Shown: positions 1-10,361 of the stretch, one piece after another
How positions within the stretch are numbered: position 1 is the first letter of the stretch
How the letters are laid out: each line of letters starts with the position of its first letter
DNA from: Candidatus Nomurabacteria bacterium
GTDB lineage: Bacteria; Patescibacteriota; Minisyncoccia; Phycocordibacterales; UBA9973
Direction of reading: 5' to 3'
NCBI GenBank assembly: GCA_016699365.1
Contig: CP064973.1
Span: forward strand, 64,195 to 128,194
Length of the DNA: 64,000 nt
Notes under the pieces: model-generated
The model's input: the letters and a program-made list of their open reading frames with translations, nothing else
The model's database searches: none
What the model was told of the DNA's origin: nothing
Translations under genes and position numbers: made by a program

Positions 1-1631
1 ACGATATCAAGAAGCTTCGCAGATACGATAGGATCTCCGTTTTGAGGTTTCAATAGATTTTTATTTGAAGCCATCAAGTCACGAGCCTCGTTTTGAGCAT
101 CATTTGAAAGAGGTAAGTAAACAGCCATCTGGTCTCCGTCGAAGTCAGCGTTGAATCCTGTACAAACAAGTGGGTGAACTTGAATAGCATTACCTTCGAT
201 TAGAACTGGATTGAAAGCTTGAATACCAAGTCTGTGAAGTGTAGGAGCGCGGTTCAACATCACATATTTACCTTGAATTGCCTCTTCTAGAATTGCCCAA
301 ACTTCTGGAACTCCTTCTTCAATCAATTTGTTTGCTCCACGTATGTTGAAAGCAAGTTCATTTTTTAGAATTTTTGAAATTATGAATGGTCTGAATAGCT
401 CAAGTGCCATGTGCTTTGGTAGACCACACTGGTTTAGTTTAAGCTGAGGACCCACAACGATAACTGAGCGTCCTGAATAGTCTACGCGCTTACCAAGAAG
501 GTTTTGACGAAATAGACCTTGTTTACTTTTTAGGTTATCAGAAAGAGATTTAAGTGCTCGTTTTTGAGACTGAGAAACTGCCTGAGAATCATTTTGTTTT
601 GCAATTGAGTTATCTATAAGCGCATCTACTGCTTCTTGTAGAATACGTTTTTCGTTACGCAAGATAACATCTGGTGCTCCAATCTCTTTTAGTTTCTTTA
701 GACGATTGTTTCGGTTTATAACGCGACGATATAGATCGTTTAGATCACTAGTTGCATGCCTACCTCCATCAAGAGCAACCATTGGTCGCAATGCTGGTGG
801 AATAACAGGTATAACAGAGAGGAACATCCACTCTGGACGAATCTTTGAATAGATCATTGAACGAAGTAGTGACATACGGCGCTCTAGCTTTTCTTTATCG
901 ATAGTACTTGCCTTTTCAGACATCTCTTCTGTTTGCTTTTTCAATTTTTCTAAATCAAGAGATTTAAATATATTGAAAATAGCCTCAGCTCCAATAGCTG
1001 CTTCAAAACAGATACCGTACTTCAATGAGAAGTGGTGGTAAGATATTTCGTTCAATACTTTACCAGTATGAATTTCAGCAATTTCTTTCTTTGTATTTAC
1101 AAGAAGATTTTTAAGTTTTTCACGAGTCTCCTCATCTTCAATACTCTTAACCTTTGCCTTGTATTCACTTTCTATATTTTTTATGATTTTAGCCTTTTCT
1201 TCTTCATGAACTTTAGTGATGATATATCCAGCAAAGTAAATTACTTTTTCTAAGTCAGAAACTGGGATATTTAGAAGTATAGACATACGAGATGGAACTC
1301 CACGCAAGAACCAAATATGAGCAACTGGACTTGCAAGCTCAATATGTCCCATACGTTCACGTCGAACTATAGACTTTGTAACTTCAACTCCACACTTTTC
1401 ACATATAATATCCTTGTAACGAATACGTCTGTATTTACCACAGTAACATTCATAGTCTTTTTCTGGACCGAAAACTCGCTCATCGAAAAGACCTCCACGT
1501 TCTGAACGTCCAGTTCGGTAGTTTATAGTTTCAGGTTTTGTAACCTCTCCATAAGACCAATCGCGTATATTTTCAGGTGAAGCCAGTTTGAGTGTTATGT
1601 AGTCAAAGTCACTTGTATCAATTGTTTTCAT
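1..1631 (-). CDS. rpoC: DNA-directed RNA polymerase beta' subunit, N-terminal part (gene continues beyond the window start)
   Basis: Minus-strand translation from the ATG at 1631 gives [56 protein letters not shown]... and further on ...[11 protein letters not shown] (catalytic Mg motif). Lies immediately downstream of rpoB in the canonical order. Not in the ORF track because there is no stop in the window. Confidence 0.9.
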   Translation of the reverse strand, partial: MKTIDTSDFDYITLKLASPENIRDWSYGEVTKPETINYRTGRSERGGLFDERVFGPEKDYECYCGKYRRIRYKDIICEKCGVEVTKSIVRRERMGHIELASPVAHIWFLRGVPSRMSILLNIPVSDLEKVIYFAGYIITKVHEEEKAKIIKNIESEYKAKVKSIEDEETREKLKNLLVNTKKEIAEIHTGKVLNEISYHHFSLKYGICFEAAIGAEAIFNIFKSLDLEKLKKQTEEMSEKASTIDKEKLERRMSLLRSMIYSKIRPEWMFLSVIPVIPPALRPMVALDGGRHATSDLNDLYRRVINRNNRLKKLKEIGAPDVILRNEKRILQEAVDALIDNSIAKQNDSQAVSQSQKRALKSLSDNLKSKQGLFRQNLLGKRVDYSGRSVIVVGPQLKLNQCGLPKHMALELFRPFIISKILKNELAFNIRGANKLIEEGVPEVWAILEEAIQGKYVMLNRAPTLHRLGIQAFNPVLIEGNAIQVHPLVCTGFNADFDGDQMAVYLPLSNDAQNEARDLMASNKNLLKPQNGDPIVSAKLLDI

Positions 1632-1651
1632 AATTTTTATTTTTTAGATTA

Positions 1652-4600
1652 CTAAGCGCCGTTTAATTTTTCTTTAGTTCGACCCTTCTTTTTAAGATCT
1701 ACATTGAGTGACAACCCTCTCAAGTAATTTAACAATACATTGAATGATGCTGGAGCGTTCGGCGGTAGTATTTCTTCACCCTTGATAATCGAATCGAATG
1801 TTGCAGAACGTCCCATGATATCGTCAGATTTTATAGTGATCATCTCACGAAGTATGTGTGATGCTCCGTAACCTTCCAGTGCCCAGACTTCCATCTCTCC
1901 GAATCTTTGTCCTCCACCTTGAGCTTTACCTCCAAGCGGCTGTTGTGTAATAAGTGAGTATGCTCCAATAGAACGCATGTGAATCTTGTCTTCAACCATG
2001 TGGTGAAGTTTCAAAATATACATGTAACCGACAGCAATATCTTGCTCAAATTCTTCCCCAGTTCTTCCATCAAAGAGTTTCATTTTTCCACTTTCTGGCA
2101 TTCCAGCTTTTACAAGTTCGCCTTTGATTTCTTGAATAGTTGCTCCACAAAACGATGGTACAACAGCTTGGTATCCAAGTGCGTTAGCGGCATAACCCAA
2201 GTGCATCTCTAGGATTTGTCCCAAGTTCATACGAGATGGAACTCCAAGTGGCGTAAGCACTATATCTATAGGAGTACCGTCAGCCATAAATGGCATTTCT
2301 TCTTCTGGTAAGATAATTGAGATAACACCTTTGTTACCGTGACGTCCTGCAAGTTTGTCTCCAACTGAGATGTTTCGGATTTGTGCAATTTCAATTACAA
2401 CTTTTTTAATGATTCCACTTTCCAAGTTGTGTCCTTGATCACGAGAAAAGATTTTTACTCCTATAATACGTCCACGTTTTCCGTGTTCCATACGAAGTGA
2501 AGTGTCTTTTACATCACGAGCTTTTTCAGCAAAGATAGATCTTAGCAAGCGCTCTTCTGCAGTAAGCTCTGTCTCACCTTTTGGAGTAATTTTTCCAACA
2601 AGAATATCATTTTCACGAACTTCCGCTCCAACACGAACTATACCGTCTTCGTCTAGATCTTTTAGTTTTATTTCTCCAACGTTTGGAATATCACGAGTTG
2701 TTATTTCTGGTCCGAGTTTTGTATCACGAACTATACAAACGAACTCTTCAATATATATAGAAGTGAACTTACTTTCTTTTACAAGACGCTCAGATAGAAT
2801 AATCGCATCTTCGTAGTTAGATCCGTTCCATGACATGAAAGCAATCAATGCATTTTGTCCTAAAGCAATTTGTCCATGTGCTGTTGTTGAAGTATCAGCC
2901 AAAATCATACCCTTCTTCACCTTGTCTCCTATAGAAACACTAGGGCGCTGATGGAATGAACTAAAGTTGTTTGTTCTCTGGAAAGACATAAGATTGTAGT
3001 CTTCTTTTTTACCCTTAGAATTTTCAACAGTTATTTTTTTTGCGTCAACATATGTAACTTCTCCGTCTTCTTTTGCAACTATTAGTCTTCCTGAATATCG
3101 TGAAGCGAGTTCTTCCATACCTGTAGCCACAAGTGGAGCTTCTGGGCGAACACATGCCATAGCTTGTTTCTGCATATTACTTCCCATGAGTGCACGGTTA
3201 GCGTCATCGTTTTCCAAGAAAGGAATCATAGAAGTAGCAATAGAGAAAGCTTGGTTTGTTGATACGTCTATATAATCTACTTCTGCGCGCGCGATAAGTC
3301 CTGGCTCAGTTTTTACACGAGCTTCTACCATGTCTTCTACTATCTTTCCGTCTTCTGTGTATTTAATACCAGAGTGAGCAATGTTGTATTGCTCTTCTTC
3401 TAGAGCATTTAGATAAACTATTTCTTTTGTGATTACACCATTTTTTACTTTCGCGTAAGGTGTTTCAATAATACCGAAATCATTCACTCGAGCATAAGTA
3501 GACAAGTGAAGTATGAGACCGATGTTCGGACCTTCTGGAGTGTGAATAGGACAAACACGACCGTAGTGAGATGTGTGCACGTCACGAACCTCTAGTCCTG
3601 CGCGTTCACGTGTTAGTCCTCCGGGTCCAAGTGCAGATAAAATACGCAAGTGTTCAATCTCGTTTAGTACGTTTTCTTGTGACATGAACTGAGAAAGTTG
3701 GTTCGTTGTGAAAAATTCTTTTATGCGTGCCTGAAGTGGGCGTTGGTTGATTATGTTTATCGGCAAAGCTGTAGCAACGTCGATTGTAGACATACGATCC
3801 TGAATATTTCTCTTGATCTGTGTCATACCAACACGAATTTTTTGCTGGAGCAATTCACCAACATATCTAACACGACGTTGACCCAAGTGGTCGATATCAT
3901 CTGCTTTAGAGTTTGGAGTATTATTTAGAGATATTATGTGTTCAACAATTACCATCAAATCTTCTTTTGAGATTGTTCGGCGTTCTAGGTCTTTGTCTGT
4001 CATTGGCTTACCAAAACGCTTGTTGAATCTAAATCTTCCAACTGGAGATAGGTCGTAGCGTTCAGATGAAAACAGAGAATTTATGAATTCTTTTGCATTT
4101 TCTGTAGTAGCTAGGTCTCCATCTCTAAGACGCTTGTATATTTCTATAAAAGATTCATCAGATGTCTTTGCTGGATCTTTTTCTATTGAGAGTTTCAATA
4201 TATGACGAACTTCGTCAGTAGCTGCAGCAGCGAGCATTGACTCATCAGTAAAACCTAAAACACGAAGAAGCGAAGTAATCGAGAACTTTCGCTTTTTATC
4301 AATACGCACATATAAAACACCATCTGAATCAGATTCAATCTCAATCCATACACCACGAGCTGGGATTATTTTTGCACCAAAAAGTTTTTTACCTTTTAGA
4401 TCAAGGTCTGTGAAAAATACACCGAAACTTCTTGCAAGCTGAGAAACTATAACGCGTTCTACTCCGTTTATTATAAAAGTCCCATGATCTGTCATGAGTG
4501 GTATATCAGCAAGGAAAATTTCTTGTTCCTTTGATGATCCACCTAGAGTTTTGTTCATAAGCTTTACTCGTGCTTTTAGTTGAGCATCGTAAGTAAGCTT

Positions 4601-4843
4601 GTTTGCTTTTGCATAATATTCATCAAACTTTGGTTCACCAAGAGAAAATGATGTGAACTCAAGCATGAATTTTTTCTCTGAGTAATCGTTTATCGGAGAA
4701 AATTCTTTGAACACTTCTTTTAGGCCGTGTTCTATGAGCCATTTGTATGAGGCAAGTTGTGTCTCAAGTAAGTTTGGAAATTCGACCAGTGGTTTTTTGT
4801 ATTTTGAAAAATACTTCTTCTCGATTTTTGTTTTTGTCGACAT
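1652..4843 (-). CDS. rpoB: DNA-directed RNA polymerase beta subunit (short 1063-aa form)
   Basis: 1063-aa ORF with typical RpoB blocks (...GPGGLTRERAGLEVRDVHTSHYGRVCPIHTPEGPNIGLI..., ...MPFMADGTPIDIVLTPLGVPSRMN...). Followed by rpoC. Confidence 0.95.
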   Translation of the reverse strand: MSTKTKIEKKYFSKYKKPLVEFPNLLETQLASYKWLIEHGLKEVFKEFSPINDYSEKKFMLEFTSFSLGEPKFDEYYAKANKLTYDAQLKARVKLMNKTLGGSSKEQEIFLADIPLMTDHGTFIINGVERVIVSQLARSFGVFFTDLDLKGKKLFGAKIIPARGVWIEIESDSDGVLYVRIDKKRKFSITSLLRVLGFTDESMLAAAATDEVRHILKLSIEKDPAKTSDESFIEIYKRLRDGDLATTENAKEFINSLFSSERYDLSPVGRFRFNKRFGKPMTDKDLERRTISKEDLMVIVEHIISLNNTPNSKADDIDHLGQRRVRYVGELLQQKIRVGMTQIKRNIQDRMSTIDVATALPINIINQRPLQARIKEFFTTNQLSQFMSQENVLNEIEHLRILSALGPGGLTRERAGLEVRDVHTSHYGRVCPIHTPEGPNIGLILHLSTYARVNDFGIIETPYAKVKNGVITKEIVYLNALEEEQYNIAHSGIKYTEDGKIVEDMVEARVKTEPGLIARAEVDYIDVSTNQAFSIATSMIPFLENDDANRALMGSNMQKQAMACVRPEAPLVATGMEELASRYSGRLIVAKEDGEVTYVDAKKITVENSKGKKEDYNLMSFQRTNNFSSFHQRPSVSIGDKVKKGMILADTSTTAHGQIALGQNALIAFMSWNGSNYEDAIILSERLVKESKFTSIYIEEFVCIVRDTKLGPEITTRDIPNVGEIKLKDLDEDGIVRVGAEVRENDILVGKITPKGETELTAEERLLRSIFAEKARDVKDTSLRMEHGKRGRIIGVKIFSRDQGHNLESGIIKKVVIEIAQIRNISVGDKLAGRHGNKGVISIILPEEEMPFMADGTPIDIVLTPLGVPSRMNLGQILEMHLGYAANALGYQAVVPSFCGATIQEIKGELVKAGMPESGKMKLFDGRTGEEFEQDIAVGYMYILKLHHMVEDKIHMRSIGAYSLITQQPLGGKAQGGGQRFGEMEVWALEGYGASHILREMITIKSDDIMGRSATFDSIIKGEEILPPNAPASFNVLLNYLRGLSLNVDLKKKGRTKEKLNGA

Positions 4844-5068
4844 GTGGTGTTTTTGCTTAATGAGTAAAAAAATAAAAACTCAGGGCACTAAAAAGTACCT
4901 TTTGTGTAAGGCTAACGCTTTTTATTGGTTTGTTTCAGCAAATTTATAAATTGCTTTTGGCTAGTAAAGTAGATTGAAGCCTGTCGTAACTCAATCTTTT
5001 CAATCAAAATCAGTATACTCTAGCCGCAATACCTTGTCAAATATTACAAAATGACCCAATTTTGGGAT

Positions 5069-5749
5069 TTATTTACCCTTTTTCCACTCTTCTATTTTCT
5101 TGTGATCCCCTGACATAAGCACCTTTGGGACCCTGTATTTTTTACCCTTGAATTCCAAGATTTCTGGTCTAGTATAGAATTCGCTCGAAGACACCCTTTC
5201 CTCCTCCAAAGAGTCATGTTTACCTAGTACTCCTGGAATCTGTCGGGAAATACAATCGACAAGTATCATTGCTGGCAACTCCCCACCAGTCAGTACATAG
5301 TCCCCAATCGAAATTTTATCTGTCTTCAGTATCTTATCCACACGAGCATCTATACCTTCATAACGTCCGCAAATCAAAATTATATCTGAATATTTTTTAA
5401 CTGAATCTTTCGCATAAGCTGTAGTAAATTTTTTACCACTCGGAACAAAATTTATTATTTTTGTCTTCCCTCCCTTTTTAGTTTTTTTTAAAGCACTCTC
5501 CACTGCTTTCACAACAGGCTCTGCGCGGATTATCATACCTGGCCCACCGCCATATGGTCTATCGTCGACAACCTGTGACACATTCCCATCAGGCCAGACT
5601 TTCTTGTATTTTCCGGTTACAAACTTACGAGGATTATAGAAATTTACTTTTATCTTTTTCTCTTTTATTGCACGTCCAATAATCGATTCTTTTAAATATG
5701 AATCGAAGCTCTCAGGAAAAAGTGTAATAATATGAAATGTCATTTGCAA
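5069..5749 (-). CDS. trmD: tRNA (guanine37-N1)-methyltransferase
   Basis: 226 aa. N-terminus HIITLFPESF... and a GGGPGM motif, characteristic of TrmD (SPOUT fold). Confidence 0.85.
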   Translation of the reverse strand: MQMTFHIITLFPESFDSYLKESIIGRAIKEKKIKVNFYNPRKFVTGKYKKVWPDGNVSQVVDDRPYGGGPGMIIRAEPVVKAVESALKKTKKGGKTKIINFVPSGKKFTTAYAKDSVKKYSDIILICGRYEGIDARVDKILKTDKISIGDYVLTGGELPAMILVDCISRQIPGVLGKHDSLEEERVSSSEFYTRPEILEFKGKKYRVPKVLMSGDHKKIEEWKKGK

Positions 5750-5902
5750 TAACGTGCCTGCCCGCCTCTGGCGGGAAAAGTCATAAATTAGGTTATAGCT
5801 TAAAGGTTATAGGCAATAGTGAAAAAATGCAAATCTGTACATACAAAAAACTTGCAAAATATAAAATTTGTGTTATTATATTGATGAATCAAAAAAAATC
5901 AG

Positions 5903-6190
5903 ATGAAAAATTTGCTGTTGTCCTTTGTCTTGGGAATGGGAGTATTGTTTGGTGGATGCCAGAAAGCGGAAGAGCCAAAGTTGATTGTAACGATCACAAA
6001 AATGGACTTCGGGAAAGAAGGCAAGTATGTAGGATACATAGGATACCCAGACAACAAAGTATTCTTGCGAGCCGATCCTGAGACCAGCTCAAAAATACAG
6101 GAACTCCTGGAAAAAAATATGGAGGTGAGGGTCGAAGGAGAATTCCAGGATCTTCACACGAGAGAGGTCAAAGTGTTAACTCTATTATAA
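5903..6190 (+). CDS. small putative lipoprotein (hypothetical)
   Basis: 95-aa ORF with signal peptide MKNLLLSFVLGMGVLFGGC (lipobox-like LFGGC), followed by a hairpin+T-run terminator. Confidence 0.45.
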   Translation: MKNLLLSFVLGMGVLFGGCQKAEEPKLIVTITKMDFGKEGKYVGYIGYPDNKVFLRADPETSSKIQELLEKNMEVRVEGEFQDLHTREVKVLTLL

Positions 6191-6207
6191 AAAAGTTGAT
6201 ACAAATA

Positions 6208-6233
6208 AAAGCGGTCGAAAGACCGCTTTTTTA
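6208..6233. terminator. bidirectional rho-independent terminator
   Basis: gcggtc-gaaa-gaccgc hairpin followed by TTTTTT, between two convergent genes. Confidence 0.6.
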
Positions 6234-6243
6234 TTATTCAATT

Positions 6244-7353
6244 TTACAGATTACCTCTTGTTGCCTGCTCTCTCTCGATTGCTTCAAAAAGAGCTTTGAA
6301 ATTCCCTTTACCAAAAGTCTTTGCTCCACGGCGCTGGATAATTTCGAAGAAAAGCGTTGGCCTGTCTGTCACTGGCTTTGTAAAAAGCTGGAGCATATAC
6401 CCTTCATCATCATGATCTACAAGGATATTGAGCTTCTTGATCATCTCGAAATCCTCCTCTATTGGGAATTTTACCCTCTCAAGGACGTCTTCATAATATG
6501 TTTCTGGTACATGTAAAAACTCAACTCCTCTTCTTCGTAATTGAGATACGGTATACAGAATGTCATCTGTTGCTAGTGCGATATGTTGCACTCCGGAACC
6601 ATGATAGAAATCCAAGTATTCTTGAATTTGAGATTTATTTTTCCTGCTTTCGGCCGGCTCATTGATTGGAAATTTTATATATCCATTGCCATTTGCAACA
6701 ACCTTGCTCATAAGCGCAGAATACTCAGTTGAGATGTCATTGTCGTCGTATGTAACAAGTAATTTAAAACCCATTACATCCTCGTAGAACTTAACCCACT
6801 CATTCATTTTTCCGAGCTCTACGTTCCCCACACAATGATCTACATATTGAAGACCTACTGTTGATACAACACCGTTGCGATCAATTGGTTTATACCCCGG
6901 CATAAAAATGCCCTTGTATTTACTTCGGTCAACAAATTTGTGAATTGTATCTCCATATGTTTTGATGCCAGAAACTGAAACACTTCCCTCGCTTACATCA
7001 CAAAATTCTGTAGGAGACATGAACTTGATCGCACCTCGTGCAATAGTTTCTTCAAAACTTTTTACGGCATTTGGTACCTTAAGAGCAATAACCTTCACTC
7101 CATCACCATGGATCCTCACATGCTGTGAGATTTCGCTTTCAGGATCAAATGAAGTTGTAAAAACCAGGACGATTTTATTCTGCTTCAAAACATAACTTGC
7201 CTTGTCACGAACGCCGGTTTCAAGCCCAGCATATGCAACAATTTCAAATCCAAAAGCATTTTTATAGTAATATGCCGCCTGCTTAGCATTGCCAACATAA
7301 AACTCAATGTGGTCTGTGCCGAGTATCGGCAGAAAATCTTTTTGTTCTTCCAT
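6244..7353 (-). CDS. hppD: 4-hydroxyphenylpyruvate dioxygenase
   Basis: 369 aa. N-terminal HIEFYVGNAKQAAYYYKNAFGFE and the two-VOC-domain layout typical of HPPD. Confidence 0.8.
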   Translation of the reverse strand: MEEQKDFLPILGTDHIEFYVGNAKQAAYYYKNAFGFEIVAYAGLETGVRDKASYVLKQNKIVLVFTTSFDPESEISQHVRIHGDGVKVIALKVPNAVKSFEETIARGAIKFMSPTEFCDVSEGSVSVSGIKTYGDTIHKFVDRSKYKGIFMPGYKPIDRNGVVSTVGLQYVDHCVGNVELGKMNEWVKFYEDVMGFKLLVTYDDNDISTEYSALMSKVVANGNGYIKFPINEPAESRKNKSQIQEYLDFYHGSGVQHIALATDDILYTVSQLRRRGVEFLHVPETYYEDVLERVKFPIEEDFEMIKKLNILVDHDDEGYMLQLFTKPVTDRPTLFFEIIQRRGAKTFGKGNFKALFEAIEREQATRGNL

Positions 7354-7440
7354 AAAAGTAACTTTTTCTTGAGTCTACTTATCTATTTATCTATTGTCAA
7401 ACAAAAAAAACACCCAAGGAGTAGGTGTTCTGCGCACAAT

Positions 7441-7899
7441 TTATTTAAAATAACTTTCGACTACAGAATTCTCAATATACCGAATAGTTGTCTTGTAAGA
7501 CACTAGAGTGAATTGAAAATCTTTTGTTTCAATACCAAGAGCCTGCGCAATATCGCAGGTAAGTTTTTTTACTTCCTCGAAATTGCTCTCACCGCATATA
7601 TTAATATGCCATCCTCCAAGCTTACTGTCCCATAAATTTAACTGTATCGAACATATAAGTTCTGTCCTGTATAAATATTTTTCAAGACCAAAAAATTTAT
7701 TCCAATCTATACCGAAAAATTTTTCATTATTTTCTCTTGTTTTTCTCAGTATGTAGACCATTTTAGTGTCGATGGTTTTATCGCAACTCTCAAGTAATCC
7801 CAGAGAATTACCAAAGAGATAACCTTTTTGATCAAGAACATCAGCTATACTTAGTCTGATCGATTTTTTAACTTCACTAGTTACTACTTCCATTTTCAA
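7441..7899 (-). CDS. hypothetical protein
   Basis: 152-aa ORF with no recognisable motif. Hairpin+T8 terminator downstream at about 7405-7436. Confidence 0.4.
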   Translation of the reverse strand: MKMEVVTSEVKKSIRLSIADVLDQKGYLFGNSLGLLESCDKTIDTKMVYILRKTRENNEKFFGIDWNKFFGLEKYLYRTELICSIQLNLWDSKLGGWHINICGESNFEEVKKLTCDIAQALGIETKDFQFTLVSYKTTIRYIENSVVESYFK

Positions 7900-8006
7900 A
7901 AGTTTAAGTTACAAAATATTTCTACCTAAAGCATACTATATAATATTAACTTTGTCAAACAAAACAAAAAACACCTTCCAGGTGTTTCTTGTTTTGAAAA
8001 TTTAAT

Positions 8007-8342
8007 TTATATTCCCTTTAGATCATCCATTGCTTGGTCTACTGAGGAAGCTTGTGGGGCTTGTCTTGGCATACCACCTTCTGGTTCATTGATTTTTAGG
8101 TTTACACGAGCCTTGTTCTTCATACCAATCACGCGTAGTAGTGTTCGGATAGCTTTTGCAGTATTACCTTGGCGGCCAATTATCTTACCCATATCTGCTT
8201 GGTTTACTGTTAGAGTAACAAGTACTCCCATTTCATCTACTCCACGATCAATCTTTACATCGTCTGGATTGTCTACTAATGCTTTTACTACGTACTCTAA
8301 GAATGCTTTATCGTCTTGCATATATAATCTATATCTATTCAT
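8007..8342 (-). CDS. KH-domain RNA-binding protein (YlqC/UPF0109-like)
   Basis: 111 aa. GKIIGRQGNTAKAIRTLLRV is a KH GXXG-type motif. Positioned directly after rpsP, as in many bacteria. Confidence 0.7.
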   Translation of the reverse strand: MNRYRLYMQDDKAFLEYVVKALVDNPDDVKIDRGVDEMGVLVTLTVNQADMGKIIGRQGNTAKAIRTLLRVIGMKNKARVNLKINEPEGGMPRQAPQASSVDQAMDDLKGI

Positions 8343-8433
8343 AATCCGCAGTACTTCGACAAACTGACTGCTTCGATATAATTGTAACTAAAGTATAAAA
8401 TACAGTCAACAAAAAATACCCACAGGGGTATTT

Positions 8434-8742
8434 TTATTTTGCAGCTTTTAATTCTTTGCGCTTCTTTGTTGGAGATTTCTTTGACAAAACGTTTTTCTTC
8501 TTTGTCTTTAGAGCACCTTCCTTAACAAGAAAATTGTGCACTGTGTCTGATACTTGCGCACCATTTGAAACCCAGTGAGCAATACGATCTTGCTTCAAAT
8601 TTATAGTTGATTCATGCGGGTTGTAAGTACCCAAGATTTCTAAAAACTTACCACTTTTTGCACTATTTTTTGAGTCAGTCAAAACCACGCGGAAATGCGC
8701 TTCGTTTTTGCGACCTATGCGTTGTAATCTAATCATTAACAT
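8434..8742 (-). CDS. rpsP: 30S ribosomal protein S16
   Basis: MLMIRLQRIGRKNEAHFRVVLTDSKNSAKSGKFLEILGTYNP... is canonical S16. Confidence 0.9.
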   Translation of the reverse strand: MLMIRLQRIGRKNEAHFRVVLTDSKNSAKSGKFLEILGTYNPHESTINLKQDRIAHWVSNGAQVSDTVHNFLVKEGALKTKKKNVLSKKSPTKKRKELKAAK

Positions 8743-8801
8743 GTGTTGGCTATCTTACCAGAAAGTTCTCTGTAGGTCAAATAAAAACCCGTTCAATCTA
8801 T

Positions 8802-9449
8802 TTATATAGATTGCCCGGGTTTATCAAAATTGAACTCTTTAATTATCTTGTCTGCTAAAGCATTTTCTAGGACACTTTTAGCAGTCAGTGCTCTTTTTGC
8901 CAAAAACAAACGCTTTACCTGCATTTGGGTCATTTTAGAACCTATGCGGGTTGCGTATTGATTGTAAATTTCCCTCTGTTCTTTACGCATCTTATCGCGT
9001 TGTTCTTTAGCCCTGTCTATTATAGCCGTAGAAACATCGGACAAATTCGTGTGAGGAGTTAATCGTATTTTAAACTCCATCTCTACCCACATTGGATGCA
9101 AGAAGACATGAGAGCTATCTACAATCCACCGCTCCGAACATACTTCAAAGATATAGCTTGCGATAGACATCACGTCGCCTGTTGCTACACCTATAATCTT
9201 ACTGCGTGAACTTTCAATCGCGTCTTTAATCTTCATTCCGGCCTCAACGCTTCCACCGTCACTCTCCAGTATCAGATATATAGGCCTGCTAGACTTAGAA
9301 TTAAGATACTGAATGCTCTTGATTATACGACTTGCGTATTCAAGGGTAATTTTGTTTTTTACTTTTAAATCCTCTTTATTCTCGATGTATATTATACGCC
9401 TAGTAAGGAGGATGTCTTCTGTAAGTTGTTTTTTAACTGACAATTTCAA
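8802..9449 (-). CDS. ClpP-family (S14) serine protease-like protein
   Basis: 215 aa. LILESDGGSVEAGMKIKDAI resembles the ClpP INSPGGSVTAG block. A Ser (GDVMSIASY) and a His (FLHPMW) sit at positions matching ClpP catalytic residues. Divergent from ClpP overall. Confidence 0.5.
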   Translation of the reverse strand: MKLSVKKQLTEDILLTRRIIYIENKEDLKVKNKITLEYASRIIKSIQYLNSKSSRPIYLILESDGGSVEAGMKIKDAIESSRSKIIGVATGDVMSIASYIFEVCSERWIVDSSHVFLHPMWVEMEFKIRLTPHTNLSDVSTAIIDRAKEQRDKMRKEQREIYNQYATRIGSKMTQMQVKRLFLAKRALTAKSVLENALADKIIKEFNFDKPGQSI

Positions 9450-9551
9450 CCTCCTTTTATTTGACTTTTTAAACTTTCTAGTATATAATATAACCCATAA
9501 GATCTAACATGTCAATAGATTTTATTTTTAATAAATAAAATACAAATATAT

Positions 9552-9698
9552 GGATAATCACGAACCAGAAATTAAAAAAGATGAGCCTACTGAAGTAGTT
9601 GAAGTTATGGTGGGAGACACTGCTATGCTTATGACAAAGGAAGAGCGCGATGCTTACCTACAAGACAAGAGAGATGGAATGATTGATGACAAATAAAG
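9552..9698 (+). CDS. small acidic hypothetical protein (48 aa), not in the ORF track
   Basis: ATG..TAA ORF MDNHEPEIKKDEPTEVVEVMVGDTAMLMTKEERDAYLQDKRDGMIDDK, directly followed by a hairpin terminator (accgga-tctag-tccggt+T-run, 9711-9740). Confidence 0.25.
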
Positions 9699-9710
9699 TC
9701 ACAAAAAACA

Positions 9711-9740
9711 AAAACCGGATCTAGTCCGGTTTTTGTTTTG
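9711..9740 (+). terminator. rho-independent terminator
   Basis: accgga / tccggt 6-bp stem followed by TTTTTGTTTTG. Confidence 0.55.
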
Positions 9741-9911
9741 TTTAAAATTGAAAAATAAAAAAAACGCCCACCTTTTCAAGTGGACGCTCAATGATTTGCA
9801 GGTTTAACTTTTCTGACCTACGATCAGGACTAGTTTTTCTGCCATAAGAGACATGATTTTTTAGACTCGTTTTCTCATCTCACAGATACAAATTTAAAAA
9901 TAAAAAAATAA

Positions 9912-10133
9912 CTAAATCCCGGTAATCCCGAGACTACGCAGATTCTTTGTGATTCTAAAGCCTCTTTTAAAGGAGTTAGAGTCACGAAGGTCTTCGTCTT
10001 CGTTCAACATATTGAAGCCGCTTAAAAGCTTCATATCAACGGAGTTTTCGCCCCCACCAAAGCGGAATGCTTTGTCTTCGGCGTTATTTTTTTTGTTTGT
10101 TTCTTTGAATTGGTCGATTTTACTTTTTGCCAT
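9912..10133 (-). CDS. small hypothetical protein
   Basis: 73-aa ORF (MAKSKIDQFKETNKK...), no motif. It sits at the left end of the ~220-nt intergenic region before the + strand rnr gene. Confidence 0.3.
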   Translation of the reverse strand: MAKSKIDQFKETNKKNNAEDKAFRFGGGENSVDMKLLSGFNMLNEDEDLRDSNSFKRGFRITKNLRSLGITGI

Positions 10134-10361
10134 ATATCGGATTTTAAATGAAGAAAAAGTTTTGCGTTGATTGCACTTAAAAGCAATCTATTTGTTTTCA
10201 GCGCAAGACTTTTCCCTCATTTATAAAACAATCCTTTAATATGACTATTCTGGTAGTATTATATACCATACAAACTAATTTGTCAAGTACTAAAATATGT
10301 GGTACAATCTTAAAATCAATCTAAACATAAGGGTTTCTAACCTTTTTAGTATTCAAAAATA

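Noticed and set aside
1032-1505. Plus-strand ORFs 1032..1253 and 1317..1505
   Set aside because: Antisense to the clearly coding rpoC N-terminal region ([11 protein letters not shown] and the remaining β' motifs on the minus strand).
5737-6081. 114-aa plus-strand ORF overlapping the lipoprotein ORF
   Set aside because: The alternative frame 5903..6190 has a signal peptide plus lipobox and ends at a terminator. The 5737 ORF starts inside the trmD start region and lacks features.
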